DNA of 54,934 nucleotides from Octopus bimaculoides (lineage: Eukaryota): the NCBI RefSeq assembly GCF_001194135.2, contig NC_068995.1, forward strand, positions 19,764,375 through 19,819,308, in the 5' to 3' direction. Shown here piece after piece: positions 49,745 to 54,934 of the stretch. The notes under the pieces were generated by a model. It saw only the letters and a list, made by a program, of their open reading frames with translations, ran no database searches and was not told the origin of the DNA. The stretch's first letter is position 1, and every line of letters starts with the position of its first letter. A program made the position numbers and the translations under genes.

Positions 49745-50110
49745 TCCAGTCAAGTACTGGGGTCGATGCAGTCGACTGACCCTCGCCCCGCAAAAATTGC
49801 TATCGTTGCGCTAAAATTGGGAAAATTAGTATGAGGCTTCAAAGACAAATGAAGTGACAGAATCGTTAGTACACCAGAAAAAAATGATTAGCGGCATTTT
49901 ATCAGTCTTTACGCTATGAGTTCAAACTGTAATGAGGTCCATTTTGCCTTTCATCCTTTCCAGGACAATGAAATCGTTAGTATGCCGGTAAAATAACTAG
50001 ACGTTTTAAAATTCTTAGTTCAAATTCCGGTGTGGTCGATTTTGCGTTTCATTATTTCGAGGACCACGAAATAATACCACTTAAGTACTGAGGTCGATGA
50101 AGTTCACTAT
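49745..50110 (+). mobile_element. Cluster of three tandem SINE family A fragments
   Basis: 3' fragment (gtactggggtcgatgcagtcgac), then two head-plus-body pieces, each with gaatcgttagt/aaatcgttagt and agttcaaa. Confidence 0.75.
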
Positions 50111-50964
50111 CTCCTCGGTGGATGGTAGACTTAAGTCATCTAGAAGTTCAATTCCTGGCCCTCACTTGGCCCTTATGGGTTTTAAGCATGACTACTCTGT
50201 TGCAAACATTCGGGCTCGGTGTCTCCAGTTTGAGAATCGCTTTCCTCTTAGAACTCCCGAAATCCTCGTAAAATGTCATGGGCATTGTCCCCTCTAATGA
50301 CTAAGGAATAGAAAAAGTAATGGCCTCAATAATCTAATAATCTAATTCTATAAACACGCAATCTTGGGATTATTTTAAGAATCATTAAAAAAATAAATGC
50401 AAAAACTGCGGGTAGCAGGATTGGTCGTGTAGTGAGCAGAATCAATCGAATGCGTGACAAATGATGATTAGAATCAGAATCCGTAGAGTGCCGGATAATA
50501 TGCCTTATTGTATTTAGTAGCAAGCTTTATGTTCATCGTTCAAATACTGCAAAACCCAGCATTGCCGTTCTATCTTTCAAAACCTGATAATATAAACTAC
50601 CAGTTTATAATCAAATCCCCATTAAGTTTTGTTGTACCAAATTAATCCTCCAGTCCTGCTGTTACTGAGATATCCTTTAATCCGTATTGGTAAAATATTT
50701 CTGTCCTATTTATTCGTCCCGCAAGAATAAGCGTCGAAATCTCCCTCAAGCCATACCCGTATAAAATGAACATTGTAAACATCATTCCTATCCTGCATTT
50801 AAAATGGAAGGGGATGGTCATAGCTGGGTATGTTTGACCATAAATCTGTTAGATCATACGTAGCTTTCAACAAAAAACACTTCGAAACAGGATAAATATA
50901 ATTGAAGTTCTTTCAAAATAAGTTTTAATATCCATTGAAAATTATTGATATTATTGTAACTAAA

Positions 50965-51060
50965 TTCTTTCTAATTTTGGCGTATTGCCAGCAATTTTGA
51001 GGCCAGAGAGAAATTGATTGCATCGACCCGAGAGCTAAACTAGTACTTATTTTGTCGATC
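50965..51060 (-). mobile_element. SINE family A, 3' fragment
   Basis: gattgcatcgacccgag..agtacttattttgtcga. Confidence 0.65.
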
Positions 51061-52139
51061 GCGCAGAGTTGTTGGCATAGTGTCCAAATGAGAAATCATT
51101 TATAACCATCCCTTGGTAGTCTACCCAGCATTATGATATTGATGTAGGTGTCTATTGTGCAGAGTGCAATCCTTCAAGCCATGAGAGATGAGTTTCATTT
51201 TTTCTCCTTGGTATTTGGTGTACAGGCTTTTATCTCCAAAAGTAGTAGGGTTTGAAACTGCACCAAAGTTTGAGATGTGCTATAATGTCTTTTTTTTTTA
51301 GTAAATTGTCTAGAATTTTTAAAGAGGATAAATAAGACGATGGAAGATCACGCTTAGTGGATTGCATTGTCCAATTTCTTATAGTTACCATCTAAGTTCA
51401 AATTTTTCATAGGTCAATTTTGTTTATCAACCAAGTAGGCTATATAGAAGTATTTCTGCGTTTTATCTGACCGTCTACTCAATTACCTCTGTAAAATATT
51501 CCACATTTTTGTCCTAATTTATGATTCAGACAATTGTTAATAACACAGCAACACTTAAATAAGTTTGAAAAGAAAAAAAAGGCAGTGCTGGAAGGGGCCA
51601 TGTTAATAGATAGAAATTAATGTCGTTCATTTTATATCTTCCAGATTAATTTTAAACATTAATTCACACAGAGGATTGCTTTTTTTCTTATCATTTTCTC
51701 TCTCCTGAAAGTTTCACAAAGGCGAATTGAATGTTCCGCCTAATGAGTGGCAAGCATTTCTAACTATAGGAAAATCCAAGTGTCTGTATTCAGTCTCATC
51801 CAATCTAAATTAATCATATGGTATGCGTGATCATATTTTCGAGGCTGCTGTGAACGAGAAGGATTCCGTTGCTATCGTGAAATTTAACAAACTCACCGTT
51901 AGAGTCAATAAATACAATAACAAAAAAACAACATTTTCAAATTTAAAAACAATGTCAGGTAACTTTGTGGGAGGCGATTAGTCAACGTCACATATGCTTA
52001 TCTAGTACTTCTGTTGAAAGACAATGTAGAATACTTCAACACAGAATGTTAAGAGCTGGAAGAGATAACAGAAGCCTTTATCTACCACGTTCTAACATCA
52101 TCACAATGCCTTCCCCTAAAATTGTTTCTAATTTTATCT

Positions 52140-52328
52140 ACAAAGCCTAAAATTTATGAGGAGGATGTTAATCGATGTCAGTGATCCCAGTATTGATTGA
52201 TGCCTGATTTTATCGACTTGGAATGGGTAAAAGGCAAAATTGAGTCCGGTGGGATTTGAACGTAACGACCAAGACGAAATGTCGTATGGCAAATACTCCA
52301 GCACATAAGCTATTCTGTCAGCTCACTG
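52140..52328 (-). mobile_element. SINE family A, diverged
   Basis: aaaggcaaaattgag..ggatttgaac..ctattctgtcagctcac. Confidence 0.75.
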
Positions 52329-52759
52329 GAGTTCTGGTAAGAAGTTTCAAGATTGCGGAAGACATTAACTAAAATTGTGCCAACAATAAACAGCACCTTT
52401 GGCTTTGTTCCTAACTAGTTAGCAATATACATCACCAAGACAAATATACCAGTATATATAGCGTCTATACAGAAATTGGTACTTCTTGGAAGAGATTCTC
52501 TATGTGTTAAAATAGAGATAGGTTTCTAACATTAGAGATGCAATATGACAATAAAGATATTCGTAAGTTATTTTTCAAGTTTGTAAATAACAACGTAGAT
52601 GGCAAATTTGAATGAGTTATGCTCATATACGCGACAGTCGTATCTGAAATAACTTCTTGATGAAGATGTGCAAAAAAAAAAAGAAAAAGATCCCGCAAAA
52701 TTATTGAGAACTAAAATTATTTGTCATATAAACAAGATTTAATTAACTTCCTTTATTGT

Positions 52760-52982
52760 CAAAGGCGTCTACCTGGCAGAATTATTAGATCGCCGAAAAC
52801 AAACGCTTTGCGGTATTTCTTCCGATTCATTACGATTTGAGGTAAAATTGCGCCGAATTTGGCTTTCGCTTGCATCCTTTCTGGGTCAATAGAATAAGTA
52901 CGAGACAAGTACTGGGGCCGATGTAACTGACTTGCCGTCTACCGTCAAAACTGGTGATCTTGTGCTAGAATTAGAAAGAATT
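52760..52982 (+). mobile_element. SINE family A, diverged full length
   Basis: aaaggcgtctacctggcagaattattag head; gcatcctttctgggtcaatagaataagtac..gtactggggccgatgtaa. Confidence 0.8.
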
Positions 52983-53990
52983 TAGTGTCAACGTTAAGCA
53001 GTAGGGGGTAGGGGAGTAGAGGAGGAGATATGTAAGGGCAAAAATATAGTCAATCGAGAAGATTTAAACTAACTGATACAATGTTACAATGCAGCACTTT
53101 ATGAACAACCCATAAACACTAGATTTACTTATATTTCGGAGAAGTGCTTTGCATAAAATTACTTCTCTACCTCATAAGAACTTAGCCAAATTTACAAACC
53201 ATCAATGGCTCATATTAAGTTGAAAGACTATCAACAAAATCAGAAAGAGTACTTGATCAATATTGGAAGAACAGTAATTTGAAATATCTCCTGATATACA
53301 GAAATTGTGCATTATAAACGAGTCAGCATATCCAGGATGTTACCTATCACATCATAAATCTATATAAAGAAAAACCTGAAGATATCTGTGATAAGGAATA
53401 TTAGGACAGATTTTTCTCAAATTTCATTTTACATCTTACAGAATTGATGAGAAAACGAAAATATCAAATGAAAAACAAAGCAAAAAAAAAGGAGAAAATA
53501 GGAAAGAGAAGAGAAATAGAATCATAGAGATTTTTTTCTAAAATGTTCCTTTTAGACAATTTTTTTCTGTATACACGCAGCTGTGATGCACATTACTTTA
53601 ATATATAGACGCAACCGTCGTGACCTTTATCTGATAAAGTACCAGTGAGAAAATAAATGTGAACTAGTTCCTTAATTTTCTACCACAAAAGTAAAAACTA
53701 AATTAATTTTCCACTTTACACAGAAATAATCTCAAAACAATTTTATCTCTTACTCAATGTCCCACGCTCATCTTTTTTGTGTGCGTTGATGCATGTGCGT
53801 ACGTGTTTGTACGTGTGTGTTTTGGTGTGTATGTGTAGGGATGTGGATCTGTGCGTATGTGCATGTGTGTGTGTGTGTATGTGTACGTGTACATTGGGGG
53901 TTTATGTGTATATCGGTTTCATGGAATTAGTGTATAAGTATTAGTTTTTGTTCTTCATTCAATGGTTTCCACACACACACATACATATAC

Positions 53991-54025
<35 letters not shown>

Positions 54026-54394
54026 TTATGTATATGTGTATATACATATATACACACACATACACACACATACACACACATATACATACATATGTATATG
54101 CATATGTATACATTTATATGTCTATTTTTGCATATATATCTATCCATGCCTATAGATGTGTGTATGTCAGTATGTGTGTATATATGTGCAAATGTGTGTG
54201 TGTGTGTGTGTTTCTTTGTGTCTCTGTCTCTGTGTCTGTATGTCAGTATGAATGAATGTATGTGGTTATTTGAATCACACTCATGGAGATCATGCTGATA
54301 ATGACGATATCACACTGATGTTGATGGTGATAAGGATGATGATGTTGGATCATATCTCAGTAGTTGAAGTCCCTGCCTCACTCTGCACACACAC

Positions 54395-54396
54395 AT

Positions 54397-54471
<75 letters not shown>

Positions 54472-54472
54472 T
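54395..54472. repeat. (GATA)n microsatellite
   Basis: Direct observation. Confidence 0.95.
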
Positions 54473-54494
54473 AATAGATTTACATATATATATA

Positions 54495-54650
54495 TATATC
54501 TGTCATATACCTCAACTTTTCTTTCTTCTTTATCGCATGCCTTGTTGTCAGCTGGGAATACTATATCTATTATCCAGCATAGTTTCCTTTCTTTCTCAAT
54601 TAAGATGCCGTCAATCATTTTGTTCGGAGCGCTCACGGTTCTGCCAGCAC
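54495..54650 (-). mobile_element. Fragment of a second R4/Dong-type LINE (RLE domain)
   Basis: IDGILIEKERKLCWIIDIVFPADNKACDKEERKVEVY fits the RLE PD..D....K-x-x-KY region. Confidence 0.7.
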
Positions 54651-54651
54651 G

Positions 54652-54740
54652 CAGTAATAATAATAATCCATTTTATTATAGGCAGAAGACCCGAAATTAT
54701 GGGGGAAGCGGTGTAGTCGATTAGATCAATTCCAGTGCTC
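54652..54740 (-). mobile_element. SINE family A, 3' fragment with (ATT)n tail
   Basis: taataataatccattttattataggcagaagacccgaaatt..gtcgattagatcaattccagtgc. Confidence 0.75.
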
Positions 54741-54934
54741 AGGAAGAAATTTCAACCATGTTTCGTGGTCTGCTACCACAACAGCTCCTTTATAGGATCC
54801 AGTTAGCTGAAGACATCATCAGGAGGAACCACGTCCGGTTTCGGCCCCTACTCCTCTACCGTTTTGACGTGGCGGGGCCCCTCCTTTCGGAGGTGGCTTC
54901 AGCTCTGGTGTTGGGTGCATGTCTTCTTTCTTCT

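Noticed and set aside
3696-49834. Long ORFs in the track containing X runs or YI/CV/HT/poly-amino-acid repeats
   Set aside because: They are translations of N gaps and microsatellites, with no coding evidence
1764-52982. tRNA-like A/B-box heads as possible tRNA genes
   Set aside because: No complete cloverleaf; all are followed by SINE bodies
39394-54668. Idea that SINE A is mobilised by the Dong-type LINE because both have AAT/ATT tails
   Set aside because: On their sense strands the tails are reverse complements (SINE ATT, LINE AAT) and no shared 3' sequence is visible

Overview
AT-rich eukaryotic genomic DNA dominated by repeats. There are no prokaryotic features and no confidently identifiable host gene. 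The SINE families, extreme microsatellite density and microsatellite-flanked N gaps suggest an octopus (coleoid cephalopod) short-read assembly; this is inference. Gaps lie at 3790-4324, 6740-6928, 9168-9443, 23208-23521, 24320-24861, 33456-33465, 38541-39393, 44589-45308, 46224-46457, 47924-48032 and 49501-49667. Almost all ORFs in the supplied track are microsatellite or gap artefacts. Real content: (1) a decayed Penelope-like element (RT, Cys linker, GIY-YIG) on the minus strand at ~4893-6724, with a foldable minimal hammerhead ribozyme in its 3' region that has a U3-A8 core pair in place of C3-G8; (2) three copies of a short non-coding element with hammerhead-like motifs, two of them embedded in (TA)n tracts; (3) a ~3.1 kb decayed R4/Dong-type RLE LINE ending in (AAT)n, plus a second RLE fragment; (4) two mariner relics, one with both TIRs and an internal deletion; (5) a 167-bp solo LTR with a perfect 5-bp TSD that interrupts an unidentified coding-like relic; (6) more than 20 tRNA-derived SINE copies of three families, including close inverted pairs; (7) minisatellites; (8) a few weak splice-signal exon candidates. 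All alignments and translations were done by eye, so boundaries are approximate unless a TSD or TIR is given.
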